Assembly (NCBI RefSeq): GCF_006345805.1
Contig: NC_043005.1
Span: 79,608,001-79,672,000, forward strand
Direction of reading: 5' to 3'
Source of the DNA: Octopus sinensis
Taxonomy: Eukaryota
Length of the DNA stretch: 64,000 nucleotides
A model generated the notes under the pieces. That model saw nothing but the letters and a program-made list of their open reading frames with translations. It was not told the DNA's origin and did not search any database. A program made the translations under genes and the position numbers. Within the stretch, counting starts at the first letter, position 1, and each line of letters starts with the position of its first letter. Below are positions 13,830 to 26,224 of this stretch, piece after piece.

Positions 13830-14430
13830 CACAGATATTAAGTATACACGGTATACACTTAAAAATGATAGCGATATAGCCCTCTTGATACTGGAATACC
13901 TCTGAGGATAATCGAGGAACCCTACTGTCCGAGATATCTCTGAAGCCCTAAGAACAAGTGCCCTTTCCAATTCCTTCTTTCCGACTCACAAGTCTACACT
14001 TAGAGAGGTACTATCCACTCTTGCCATTTTCACAACTTTCACCCATCTTTCAATAAACTCACTCGAGGACAGCACTTCCCTCTCCACTCTCAATTTCCTT
14101 TTCATGTGAATCTTGAAGAAGTCAATCAGAGGTCCATCAAAGAGGAACGTATTTATTTTCATGCGTTTCAGTGTTGTCCACCAAGCAACCTCTTTCGCCA
14201 CAACCACCATACAAACGAGGAAAACTGCCTTGCATACCCGATTGAAGGAAGGCAGCGGTGCGATCATCACTACAGACTCGCCGACAGATTGATCCGTCCC
14301 ACACATTACAGCAGCTGTTCAACATAATCCCACAAGTCAGCAATGCCTAGACACTGAACGAGGGCGTGGAGAACGGTTACATCACTCTGCGTACACCTCG
14401 GACAACCCGTCTGAAAGCACATCCATGCCT
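13830..14430 (-). mobile_element. Tx1/L1-clade LINE 3' fragment
   Basis: Minus strand CPRCTQSDVTVLHALVQC (CCHC knuckle), LWDYVEQLL, then VAKEVAWWTTLK...FFKIHMKRKLRVEREVLSSSEFIERW, a typical L1/Tx1 ORF2 C-terminus; frameshifted. Confidence 0.75.
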
Positions 14431-14499
14431 GCAGAGATTATTCCGAACCGGTAGCGCCTCTCAGTAGCACTGCTAAGCCAAGGACTAAGCCCCTCCAGA

Positions 14500-15035
14500 T
14501 GTAATGGACTAAGTGCCTTTTTGATTTGTGCCAAAATTTGAAACCATTATTACAAATATCACCAAACCGGCGAGTTGGCAGAATCATTAGCACGCCGGGC
14601 AAAATGCTTAGCAGAATTTCGTCCATCTTTACGTTCTGAGTTCAAATTCTGACGAGGTCGATTTTGTCTTTCTTCCTTTCGGGGTCGATAAAATAAGCAC
14701 CAGTTTCGCACTGGGTTCAATGTAATCGACTGGCCAACATTCCCCCCACCAAAATTTCAGGCCTTGTGCCTATACTAGAAAGGATTATTACAAACAGCAC
14801 CAATAGGGCGAGCTGGCAGAATAGTTAGTACGCCGAACAAAATATCTAGCGGCATTTCATCTGTCTTTACGTTCTGGATTCAAATTTCAAGGAGATTGAC
14901 ATTGCCTTTCATCCTCTTGGGGTCGATAAAATAAGTACCAGTTGAGCAGTTGATTACATCGAGTACCAGTCGATGTAATCGACTAGCAACACCCTGTCCA
15001 AAAATGTCAAAGCTTATGCTTATTGTAGAAAAGGG
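14500..15035 (+). mobile_element. SINE family B tandem cluster (copies start about 14569 and 14807, plus a preceding tail)
   Basis: Consensus ggcgagctggcagaatcgttagcacgccgggcaaaatgcttag...gagttcaaattccgccgaggtcgactttgcctttcatcctttcggggtcgataaa; A-box and B-box-like motifs. Confidence 0.8.
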
Positions 15036-16170
15036 TAGTGCAAACAGACACACTCAATCGCTTCTTCGCAAACACTATATCCACCTCAACCACCACCACC
15101 ACCACCAACAACAACAACAAGAACAACATTAACAACATCAAGCCATCACTACCACCACCACTGCCACCACCACCAATACCACCACCATCACCACCACCAA
15201 CAACAACAACAGCAACAACATCAAATCATCACTACCATCAACACATCCACTATGATGGGATGCTGAAAAGTTCCTCGTTTTGAGTAAAAAAAAAATACGG
15301 GAGGATCAGTTATATTTCACACACTTTTTGCAACGGTCCTTCAGTGTGTATAAGAACTCAGAAGGTCGGACCTCTATCCAGGCCCTTCACAATACCGTTA
15401 AAGCGAGGAACTTTTCAGCAACCCACATCGGCTATATCAGAACCAAACATGACAATCTCTGCATTCAACATTCTCCACTGCAGATCATAGACTTCACCAT
15501 CACTATAACCATCTTTATTTTTTTTATCAATGTGGCCATCACAAGTATGCTTTAATCACGAAGTTCTGTATATTCATTTCCTCTGTACAGCTTACTGTCA
15601 CCACCTCCACCATCACTTGTACTACCAACGCCAACCTAACCACAAACTCTATTGTCGATGGCTCTCACCACTTCCAACACCAACCCTAACTACCTTTTTA
15701 AATATAGAATGTGCAGCGACCTACCACGATCTTCCACGATCTTCCACACTACTCAGACCTTTTTACAAATCACAATGATCACCGCTAAAAATGAAACTAC
15801 AGCAATGAACATCGGCACTACCCTTCTACAGTTCTCATCCTCTTAACTCCACCATTCCACAATACTACCATTCTTCAAAGAACACCACCACACCATCACA
15901 TCGCCACAGCCCCTACTTCTCATCATAAGCATCGCTTCACATAAGCTCTCCTCACTTCACCGTCTCCGTCATTCAACAATTCTGAATCAGATCGCTGCCA
16001 TCATTTTCCTATTCGTATTCAAAAGAATTTTGTTTGTTTTACTGTTTTAATATTTTTTTAACTCACTGAAGTGATTTTAAACGTATTCATGATTTCCTAT
16101 GTGGTTTCTCTGTTACTTCCATATACTCTTCCCTTTATCATTGTGAAGGTTATTATTCCAAGTGTTAGTA

Positions 16171-16750
16171 AGGCGGCGAGCTGGCAGAAACGTTAGCACG
16201 CGGGGCGAAATGCGTAGCCGTATTTCGTCTGCCGTTACCATGTGAGTTCAAATTCCGCCGAGGTCGACATTGCCTTTCATGCTTGCGGGGTGGATAAATT
16301 AAGTACCAGTTACGCACTGGGGTCGATATAATCGACTTAATCCGTTTGTCCGTCCTTGTTTGTCCTCTCTGAGTTTAGCCCCTTTTGGGTAGTAAAGAAA
16401 TAGGTATTTCGCCCGTCTCTACCTCTCGAGTTCAAATTCTGCTGAAGTCAACTTTGCCTTTCATCCTTTCGGGGTCGATAAATTAAGCACCACTTGCGTA
16501 CTGGGGTAGATCTAATCGACTGGATCCCTCCCCACAAATTTCAGGCCTTATGCCTATAATAGAAAGAATTATTATTCTAGCGTTAGTAAGGCGGTGAGTT
16601 GGCAGAATCGTTAGCTCGCTGGACGAAAGGCTTAGCGGCATTTCTCCCGTCGCTACGTTCTGAGTTCAAATTCCGCCGAGGTCGCCTTTGCCTATCATCT
16701 TTTAGGGGCCGATAAATTAAGTACCATGCCAATTGTAGAAAGGATTATTA
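16171..16750 (+). mobile_element. SINE family B tandem cluster (about three copies)
   Basis: Same consensus repeated head-to-tail. Confidence 0.8.
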
Positions 16751-16789
16751 CTAGTGTTGGTATATGTGTGCATATGTATATGAACTGTA

Positions 16790-17230
16790 GTGGCAAAGAG
16801 AAAATTATATTGTTATTTGGTACCAGAAGTACCAGTTGAGCACTGGGACGGATACTGTTCCGATAGAGGCAACAAGAACTGCCAGGGAAGAGTGGTCCGT
16901 GGTCGACCTGAAGACACTTCTCCAGATCAGACCCGAAAACATAAAAAAATACTGGACCGCATCCATCTCCAGAACGGGACGGGGATACATATCATGACCG
17001 AGGGCAAAAGGCCTCATCGTTTTGCGTGTGGAGATGCGACTCACTTCCGAGCTCGGTCCCCCAGCAGGAACAAAATTGCAAGGGTTCAAAGGCCTCAATT
17101 GCTGCCTACACCGGGATGAGGATCATAAACAACATTACTACTGGCAAAGCCACCAGCAACGACAGCAAAGGTATTAACCACTCTAGAGGGGAACAAGGAA
17201 ATCTTCCACACACACTTACACCAAGGAAAC
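16790..17230 (+). mobile_element. Probable LINE ORF1 (gag-like zinc knuckle) fragment
   Basis: ...DRIHLQNGTGIHIMTEGKRPHRFACGDATHFRARSP resembles a degenerate CX2CX4HX4C knuckle of L1/Tx1 ORF1. Confidence 0.5.
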
Positions 17231-17384
17231 ATCACACATAAACAAGATTGTAAATATTTTTATTTAGGTACTGAATACCTGGTAAAATTATTACTGATTT
17301 TACCCTATACCCCTATATTATTAATATTTTATATATATATAGATATATATATATTATTATATATATATATAAATATATAAAGCT

Positions 17385-17550
17385 AATCCAAACATGAAAA
17401 CACAAAGAGAACACAACAGCGTGAGGCCGTGGAAAAGTATAGTGTTATTGGACGCTCAGGAAAGAAGAAAGAAGAGGGTCTAACGTTTTGAGCGGAGCTC
17501 TTCGTCAGAAACATAGGAAAAGGAAAGATCCAAAGAAGGAAGGACGGAGG
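17385..17550 (-). mobile_element. Repeat family P1 copy 2 (hammerhead-like motif 17478-17512)
   Basis: Reverse complement gtttCTGACGAagagctccgctcAAAAcgttagac; G12 changed to A. Confidence 0.6.
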
Positions 17551-17618
17551 ATATATATATATATACCCCCACACACACCTAAAGTTTGTGTGCATTATAT
17601 ATATATTATATATAATTA

Positions 17619-17654
<36 letters not shown>

Positions 17655-18429
17655 AGGTATGTATGTATGTATACATAGATATACATATAGTATATAGTTG
17701 ATACATACAGAGATATACATACATCTATATATATGAATGTATGTATGCATGTCTGTATGTGTTATTATGTATGTATCAACATATATACAGGGATACACAC
17801 ACATATTTGTGTAAATATATGTGTGTATGTGTGTGTGTCTAAAATTCAATGACGAACTGAACATTTTTTTTATTCTTCTGCCATTCATCCTTTGTGTACA
17901 AACAAATACAACAATAGGACGCACGTAAGACCAGGGTGGGGAGCAGAAACATTCAAATTTATTTTACCTTTACGTGTTTGCTTTAAACCTCAGTAATTCT
18001 CATTACGAGCATTTCTCATTAATTGGACAGTGAACTGCAGATAATGAAAACGACTATGAAGAGTGTTACGCGTCACCAACATGTTAGAAATAACTGCCAA
18101 CTGTGCCTCAAACCAAACTTTATCATTTAAAATAACAACTTTACAACAGTCAATGTAGTCCATGATATATCAATATGTCATGACTGGAACGCCTTTCATA
18201 GTAGATCTGCCTGAGTTGATACCACTTGGAAGGAAGACTTAAATTTTATCAACTATTTTAAACGAAGACTTTACTGGGCCATTACCCTATTAGAATTATT
18301 AACTAAATATCATACATGACACGCTACAGTTTTTAAAGAATGATTGGGGTCCCTTAATTTAGTTCAAACATCTACAGGCCTATTTAACTGAAGACGAGAA
18401 ACTTAAGATATTCTGCAATGTTCAAAGTG

Positions 18430-18736
18430 GAGGCACATGGCCTAGTGGTTAGAGCAGCGGACTCACGGTCGAGGGATCACGGGTTCGAATTTCAGACCGG
18501 GTGATGCGTGTGTTTATGAACGAAATACCTAATCTCCACGCGGATCCGGCAGAAGGTAATTGCGAACTTCTGCTGACTCTTTCGCCACAACTTTCTCTCA
18601 CTCTTTCCTCCAGCATCTTGCAGCTCACCCGAGACGGACCGGCGTCCCGTCCAGGTGGGGAACCTATACGCCAAGTAAACAGGGAAACCGGCCCTTATGA
18701 GCCAGGCGTGGCTCGAGAAGAAACAAACAACAAAAA
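18430..18736 (+). mobile_element. tRNA-derived SINE family C, tail type i, with 14-bp TSD
   Basis: tRNA-like head (tggcctagtggttagagcagcggact...ggttcgaatttc); TSD caatgttcaaagtg at 18416-18429 and 18737-18750. Confidence 0.85.
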
Positions 18737-19334
18737 CAATGTTCAAAGTGTTCTTTTTTCTCCTTCAGTCGACTGCTTTCGGATCATGGTTTTGTAGCAA
18801 CACAACCCTCAGTAGTATCGTCGATCCTATCAACGCCGGGATACGATTCAGGTCAGTATGTTTTTATCGATAACTATTAATCGGAAAGCTAGATCACGCT
18901 TTGAGACTGGATAAAGTAAGTCAACTTTTTGGCTTTACTTTAAACCAGTAATCCAAAGCATTAACGTACACAAAACATATATATATACACACACACGCTC
19001 ACACACACATACACGCACACAAATATATCCATATATATTTGCGTGTGTGTGTGTGCGCGCGCGTAAGGTCTTTGCGAGCGCGTACAAGCATGCGTGTGTA
19101 TGGGCACGTGAATGCATATGCTTCAGCGTAAAGTTTCAGATGAGTGCAAAGTTTATTTATTTGGGTAAACAATTTGTTTTGAACCATTTGTACATTGAAT
19201 CGTAACAGCAGGTTATCAGTATCGCTAGGCCGCGACGAAACATTAGTACATGTGTGTGTGTGTGTGTGTGTATGTGTGTGTATGTGTGTGTGTGAGTTTA
19301 CGTACGTATAGGTATATATGTGTGCATACATAAT

Positions 19335-19660
19335 ATATATAAGGGTTATGTAAGATATTTGAGGACAGGTTTATGCTTATTAAAAAGCAGTTATATAACA
19401 TAATTTTATTTATCAATAAATGCTATGAGGATAAAAATAAACCTTCTTTTCTATATTATTCAATAAATTCAGCTTCAGCTTCAACAACTGCTTCTATATG
19501 AGATCTAAATCCTCTACATGCTTGAATCAAGTGGTCCTGGTTCATTTTGGACATTACTCTGACTATGGCAGCTTTCAAAGAATCTTTGGTGTTATGGGCG
19601 TGTTCATTGACCGCTCTCTCAACCAATCGCAGCAAAGGGCTCAAAAAATGTTTAAATCGC
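19335..19660 (-). mobile_element. Tc1/mariner (maT/DD37D-like) transposase 3' fragment with probable TIR
   Basis: VERAVNEHAHNTKDSLKAAIVRVMSKMNQDHLIQACRGFRSHIEAVVEAEAEFIE is a typical maT-type C-terminus. Confidence 0.75.
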
Positions 19661-20749
19661 ACCTAATTGGTAAAATGACGAATCATTACAGATTAAGGCG
19701 CTGAGCCGTTAAAAGATAATTGTCAAATTGGTCTCACGACATATTCAAATGAAGCTACTAGCCAGTGGACATGGAAACATCAGCTTCATAGTCAGCAACA
19801 AGAACAGAGGAGACTTAGGTATACAGTTAGACTAACTGTTCAGATGGTGCATTCACCGTGGTGAAGGTTGTGTAGAGTCAGCCTCAATTTTGGGAAATGC
19901 TGACAGCAGAAATTGTGATATTTGCAGCAAACTCAATGATCAACATACTTTAGGGTTTTTTTTTATTAGTGTTTTCCATCTTCCACAGAGTAGAGTCAAC
20001 CAAACCCCTCCCCATTTATGTATATAAAGTTCGGGCAACAGTCTTGCAGTATGTTATGCAAAGCACGTCCAGAGTTATTGGCTACCTGATGTCATCTTAT
20101 AATGCAAATGTTCCTGCGACTGGATATATATCAGGATCGAACGAAGGCCTCTTTTAATCACTCACCTGAGGGGGTGAATGTTACATCTTGACTGTATGAT
20201 AAACAATACACAGCATCTCACCACTGTACTACAGGTGTAAAAATGTATCGAAACACTTGTAGTGATTTAAGATTTTCTATCATTTATCTGTTTGCGTGTG
20301 TGCTTGTGTGTTTGCGTGCGTGTGTGTGTGTGTGTGGTACGTGTGCACGCACGAAGAGCGTATAATTTTGTGTGCATGAGTGTGTTTACGTATGTGTGCT
20401 AGTCTCATTTAACAATTAGTATAGGTAAAATAGGAAGTAAAAATAAAAAAGAATAATATAACTCTGTTACAATTGAAGAAGCGAAAGAAAACAATACTTG
20501 TCATTCATCCTTTCACAGTCAAACATTAAATAAAGTTGGAGAACATTATTTCGTTGTCTTTTCAAATGTATATTTTATCAGATTCATTTTTTTCAACATT
20601 TTGCTATTCATATTTGTAAACTTCTAATGATTCATTTCACCTTGTAATTAATGTCTTTTTTCTCAATTGTTATAAGACATTAATAACAAAAGCAACGGAT
20701 GGGTTTTAAACATAAGTTATGAATTTCACAAATTCCGTTTGCTTATATA

Positions 20750-20960
20750 CAGTGTTCAAAAAGTCTCCCCGCAGTGATTTTTTTTTTTTAGACGAGTCAA
20801 CTTATGTATTGAGAATGAAGAACATCACTTTCAACACCTCTTATAAAGTTTTTTTAAAGTCTTCTAAAGTCTAATATATTCTTTTGTAGTCTTATACCAT
20901 CTTATAAATATTTATTTTGCAATAAAATACTTACTGCGGAGAGATTCTTTAAACACCCTG
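20750..20960. mobile_element. Tc1/mariner-derived MITE
   Basis: TA-flanked imperfect TIRs: cagtgttcaaaaagtctccccgcagt and its approximate complement actgcggagagattctttaaacaccctg. Confidence 0.65.
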
Positions 20961-21587
20961 TATATGTGTGTGCTTAATAATTCTTTAACATGCTTTCAAG
21001 ATAACTTATCTTTCTACTGAGTGAGAAAAACAAAATGAGAATCACACTCAATAAAAAATAAATTGGTTTTATTTTTGTGTTATTCATCTATTTTAACTCT
21101 ATTTTTATTACATATTCTCTTTATTATCAAAAATTCGTATTTCATTTCAATGAATCAAAGAAACAGCTCACTTCTTAAAAGTCCCTATACATTTACTAAA
21201 ACACACAGCTTCAAATATGAAAGTATTTATCTGCAGCAATCATTATTTTTTATTGCCAACCGTTAAAAATATCAGATGTTGGCACAGGAAATTGATCATA
21301 TGAAGCCGTATTGCTACGATACTCCAGAAATTACATTCATATATATATATTTGGATTTTTTTGGTATATTTATCTTATTTTATTTATTGATATATTTACA
21401 CTTCTTTTTATCTTTCAATTCCTAATTGCTTGGAGTGTTTAAATTTCGTAAAATGCCGTACTTTCTATATTGTACTTAGCTGCTTGTCATTAGTTGGAAA
21501 TACACTATCTTCAAATATTTGTTCTGTCATATATCGGTTCCGGTAGAGAATATGTTATAGCTATTATAATTAATATTAGATAACGAT

Positions 21588-21856
21588 GTGGAGGCGCAAT
21601 GACCCAGTGGTTAGATCAGCAAACTCGCGGTTGTAGGATCACCATTTCGAATCCCAGACCGGGCGTTGCGAGAGTTTATTGAGTGAAAGCACCCAAAGCT
21701 CCACGAGGCTCCGGCAGGGGGTGGTGGCGATCCCTTCTGTACTCTTTCGCCACAGCTTTCTTTCACAGGGTGGCGTCATTTGAAGTCTAAAACAATGCGA
21801 AGCGCATTGTGACCAGTGATGAGTAGCAACATCTAATAGCCTGGTCGGTCACGGTG
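21588..21856 (+). mobile_element. SINE family C, tail type ii, with 13-bp TSD
   Basis: Same head and body as 18430 but a different 3' tail (gggtggcgtcatt...ctggtcggtcacggtg); TSD attagataa(c/t)gat at 21575-21587 and 21857-21869. Confidence 0.8.
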
Positions 21857-21872
21857 ATTAGATAATGATACA

Positions 21873-22960
21873 AGGTACGAGCTGGCAGAAACGTTAGCAC
21901 GGCGAGCGAAACGTTTAGCGTCATTTCGTCTGTCTTTACGTCCTGAGTTCAACTGTCACCGAGGTCGACATTGCCTTTCGGGATCGATAAATTAAGTACC
22001 AATTGCGTACTGGGTCAGTCTAATCTACTGGCCCCCTCCTCCAAAATTTTGGATCTTGGTGTCTAGAGTAGAAAAGAATATTAGGTAATGATATCCCAGT
22101 AAAATTATAATAACTTATATTTTTATATTGGTTTCAAATTTTGACACAATGCCGGCAATTTATGGAGAGGAGTAAATCGATTACATCGACTCCATTTCGC
22201 AGATGGTAGTTATTTTGTTGACTCCAAAATGATAAAAGGCAAAGTCGACCTCGGTAGAATTTGAACTCAGAACGTAAGGACGGACGAAATGCCACTAAAT
22301 ATTTTACCCAGTATGCTAACGATTCTGCCAGCTCACCGCCTTGTACTTAATTGAAATATTGGATTCAAATTTTGAAGGCCAGCAATTTCAAGGAAAGGAG
22401 TAAGCCGATTACATCGACCCCAGTTTTCAAATGGTGCGTCTTTTATCGACCCTAAAATGATAAAAGGCAAAGTCGACCTCGGTGGAATTTGAACTCAGAA
22501 CGTAATGTTCGGACAAAATGCCGTAAAACATTTTGCCTAGCATGCTAACGTTTCTGTCAGCTCACTTATATGAAATACGCTCTTCTTATTTTGGTACGAG
22601 GCCAGCAATGTTGCAGAGGGTAGTCATTTACATCGAACCCACTCAACGTATTGGGTTGGTACATAATTATTGCGGTTTTTTTTTTCAACGAATTTCATTC
22701 AACAAAAGCAATAACAATATTTAACAAAAATATCTTTAAATGATGGTCTGCCCGCCTGCCAAGCAAATGGACAGCAGTAATTGAAGTAGAAGAAGGTGAA
22801 TATGCTCCGGATTAATCATTTAAAGATGTTTTTGTTACATGTTGCTTTTGTTTTTGTTGAATAAAATTTGTTGAAAAAATGCTGCAATAATAATGCACCA
22901 ATCCAAACCTTAGTTTATTGATCGCGAAAAGATGAAAGGCAAAGTCAACCTCCGCGGAAT
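21873..22960. mobile_element. SINE family B cluster: one plus copy (21873-22085), three minus copies (22125-22345, 22365-22565, 22585-22960)
   Basis: Family-B consensus on both strands; the last copy is interrupted by a MITE. Confidence 0.75.
22651..22906. mobile_element. Mariner-type MITE inserted in a SINE B copy
   Basis: ta|ttgggttggtacataattattgcggttt and gctgcaataataatgcaccaatccaa; the TIR resembles Hsmar1/MADE1 (TTAGGTTGGTGCAAAAGTAATTGCGG). Confidence 0.6.
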
Positions 22961-23235
22961 TTCGGAATTTGCGAGAGGAATGATGTGAAAGGGGGGAAGA
23001 GCTTGGGGGATGAATGGGGGCGCAGATAAAGGGCAAGAACAAGGAAAGAGAGAATAGAAAGGACATTACCAGAGGGCGAGTATGGTACATTGACAATTTT
23101 GCCCTCGAGGAAGTTGACATATAGTCGCCGAACCTGCTGAACATTACAGTAAAAATTCCCAGAAATGACATCCGTTTTAAATGGAGGCTATATTGAGCAT
23201 TATACCTCGTAATATTTCAAAATGTGACCGCGTGT

Positions 23236-23432
23236 GTACCGTTGGCGATTTTTTTTCCTCTATCTTCCCTTCTCTGGATCTTTCCTTCTCCTGTGTTTCC
23301 GACGAAGAGCTCCGCTCGAAACGTTAAACCCTCCTTCTTTCCTTCTTTCCTGAGCTTTCCAATAATACTATATTTGTTCCACGTGCTTGCGTTGTTGTTT
23401 TTTTGTGCTTTCTTGTTTGGATTAACTATATA
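23236..23432 (+). mobile_element. Repeat family P1 copy 3 (hammerhead-like motif 23295-23329)
   Basis: gtttCCGACGAagagctccgctcGAAAcgtt|aaac; U4 changed to C. Confidence 0.6.
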
Positions 23433-23525
23433 TATGTTTGTGTGGGTGTGTGTTTGTATGTATGTATGTATGTATGTATGTATGTATGTATGTATGTATG
23501 TATGTATGTATGAATATATATATAT

Positions 23526-23556
<31 letters not shown>

Positions 23557-23737
23557 TACTACAAAATTAGAAAATGGAGAAACATACTTAAATCAATAAA
23601 ACATCAACTATCAGATGATACCCAATCAATACTTTATTACACCATTACATATCAGTAAGGCATTATACAAAATATACAGTAAATGTAATAGACAAGAGAT
23701 ATAAGTATAAAATTTCAAATATAATATGTAATAAATC

Positions 23738-23853
23738 AAATCTGACAGCTGTTTCGGCAGCGAGGGTAGTCATACCTCATTTAACCTATAAGCCATAAAG
23801 GCAGGTATAAATGAGGCATTAACAAGGATGCCCCACGGCCTCTTCAGAGAATT
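23738..23853 (-). ncRNA. Type I hammerhead ribozyme motif, intact core (left copy)
   Basis: CUGAAGA 23847-23841; GGC/GCC base of an 85-nt stem II; GAAA 23755-23752; C-AGCU-G stem III; predicted GUC cleavage after 23744. Confidence 0.7.
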
Positions 23854-24187
23854 AAATTTGTTATAATTGTGAAAATAATTTATTTTTCCATATACATATA
23901 AATATAAAAATATAAAAATGTAAAATATAAGAACTTATGCATAAACTTCATCATGCTACACTTATATAATATAATACTCATTGGTACAATAATGCAAGGT
24001 AAACAGAACAAAATAAAACAAAATATATATCAGTGTATATATTAATATTAATAAGCACAGTTATTATACATATTTGGCTAATAGTTTTAAAAAACTAACA
24101 CATAGGGAGATGAAAAATAATAATTAAAACCATGGTTCAGTTCATAAAATTATAAAGCTATAAAAGTCAATAAAAATTACTATTAAT

Positions 24188-24221
<34 letters not shown>

Positions 24222-24364
24222 GATACAGTTATGTTTGCACCAAGTCCATCCTTTCAAGATCGAAATAACTATAGTTATTTCGATCTTGAAAGGATGGACT
24301 TTTTATATTTTTATATTTATATGTATATGGAAAAATAAATTTTTTTCACAATTATAACAAATTT

Positions 24365-24480
24365 AATTCTCTGAAGAGGCCGTGGGGCATCCTTGTTAAT
24401 GCCTCATTTATACCTGCCTTTATGGCTTATAGGTTAAATGAGGTATGACTACCCTCGCTGCCGAAACAGCTGTCAGATTT
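24365..24480 (+). ncRNA. Type I hammerhead ribozyme motif, intact core (right copy)
   Basis: CUGAAGA 24371-24377; stem II 24378-24462; GAAA 24463-24466; palindromic CAGCUG stem III; predicted GUC cleavage after 24474; stem I aauucu/agauuu with one mismatch. Confidence 0.7.
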
Positions 24481-24827
24481 GATTTAATTACATATTATAT
24501 TTGAAATTTTATACTTATATCTCTTTGTCTATTTACATTTACTGTATATTTTGTATAATGCCTTTACTGATATGTAATGGTGTAATAAAGTATTGATTGG
24601 GTATCATCTGATAGTTTATGTTTTATTGATTTAAGTATGTTTCTCCATTTTCTAATTTTGTAGTATTAATTTACGGTAATATTATTAACTTTACCCATAT
24701 AATACAATAGATGAACTGATTGTTTGGCAATTTTTAACATCTATGTATTAGTCTTGTTGGGTACCTATCTAGCAGTATATTGGATATATGTTATCCCATG
24801 GTGGGTTGAATTTTCAACCCCTATCTC

Positions 24828-24868
<41 letters not shown>

Positions 24869-24995
24869 TTCAGAACATGTGATAGGGTTACATCTTTTAC
24901 TTAATAACAGTTTAATTTGGATCAGTGCAACATAAAGTTTCGTTTGCTCGTGAAATGAACCTATGCAAACGGATAAGAAAATACGTGCACGCGCT

Positions 24996-25386
24996 TCTTT
25001 TTAGGAAGCACTCCGTCGGTTACAACGACGAGGGTTCCGGTTGATCCGATCAACGGAACAGCCTGCTCATGAAATTAACGTGTAAGTGGCTGAGCACTCC
25101 ACAGACACGTGTACCCTTAACGTAGTTCTCGGGGATATTCAGCGTGACACAGAGAGTGAAAAGGCCGGCCCTTTGAATTACAGGTACAGCAGAAACAGGA
25201 AGTAAGAGTGAGAGAAAGTTGTGGTGAAAGAGTACAGCAGGGATCACCACCATCCCCTGCCGGAGCCTCGTGGAGCTTTTAGGTGTTTTCGCTCAATAAA
25301 CACTCACAACGCCCGGTCTGGGAATCGAAACCACGATCCTACGACCGCAAGTCCGCTGCCCTAACCACCGGGCCATTGCGCCTCCT
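24996..25386 (-). mobile_element. SINE family C, tail type iii, with 12-bp TSD
   Basis: Family-C head and body on the minus strand; TSD cgtgcacgcgct at 24984-24995 and 25387-25398. Confidence 0.85.
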
Positions 25387-26224
25387 CGTGCACGCGCTAC
25401 CATGTCTGTGAATGTCTTGTGTGTGTGTGTGTGTGCGCATGTGAATGTATGTGTGCGCGTGAACACGTGTGTGCGTACGTGTGTGTATATGCGTTTGTGT
25501 ACTTACATATACATGACATCGAATAATATATCCTTCATTAAAACGGCTGGAAGGTCACAGATTGAAAGCCTTGATCACTAGTCTGCTCAGCCAGGACGGA
25601 TCTGTTCATAAACAACAAGGATTTGGTAAATCATAAGCATATGAATATGCTGCTGTTGTTTTATGACAATGATGTTTATTCCAAGACAACATTTATCCTG
25701 AAAAGATTTTATAGACAATCCAGTTGTTCATTAGACACTGGTTTTAAAGTGTATTCTTTGTCATTTTACTTTCATTAAAGGCAGAGATTCAATGAAGAAT
25801 AAGCTGCTATTTATAACGGGACCAAAACCCTAAATATCAGAGACAGCGGAGAAGTGTTCCCGTTGGATCTGGTCGAGGAGGAACAAAAAGGACATGTTGT
25901 ATGTTAATGCTAAAGGAAGTAACTCTGAGTGGATTATTGTCGTAGCGATGACGTTTCACTGCTACGATGACAACCAACGTTATTTCTTCATTAAGCATAA
26001 GTTTTGAAGCTGAGTCAACGGAGAGGACATGCGGCTAGATGAAATCACCAAACGGTTTATAAACCCTAGTCTCCACTAACCAAGTGGCTAAAAAGTGTCA
26101 GTAGAAAAGCACCCAGTGAAAGAAGTAATGGGTCCAAACACTGTCTCTGGAGGGTTACTCCTCCTAAGACCTGCTCTTCAGCTATGTTAAGAATTTCTTA
26201 CCACCAACGGGTCAAACAAACTCA

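Larger units (their letters stand above)
23556..24666. mobile_element. Inverted (divergent) duplication of a hammerhead-bearing Penelope-like repeat, family P2
   Basis: 23556-~23925 is the reverse complement of ~24300-24666 apart from a few 1-nt indels; perfect 60-bp palindrome at 24242-24301. Confidence 0.8.

Noticed and set aside
14653-14700. CTGACGA matches inside SINE B copies (also 38950), and isolated CTGANGA hits at about 13903, 16908, 26176, 27105, 29933, 57847
   Set aside because: No correctly placed GAAA and NUH with pairable stems; chance matches.
18430-18505. tRNA-like sequences (also 21588, 39393, 43853)
   Set aside because: They continue into SINE bodies with TSDs and lack a complete cloverleaf; not tRNA genes.
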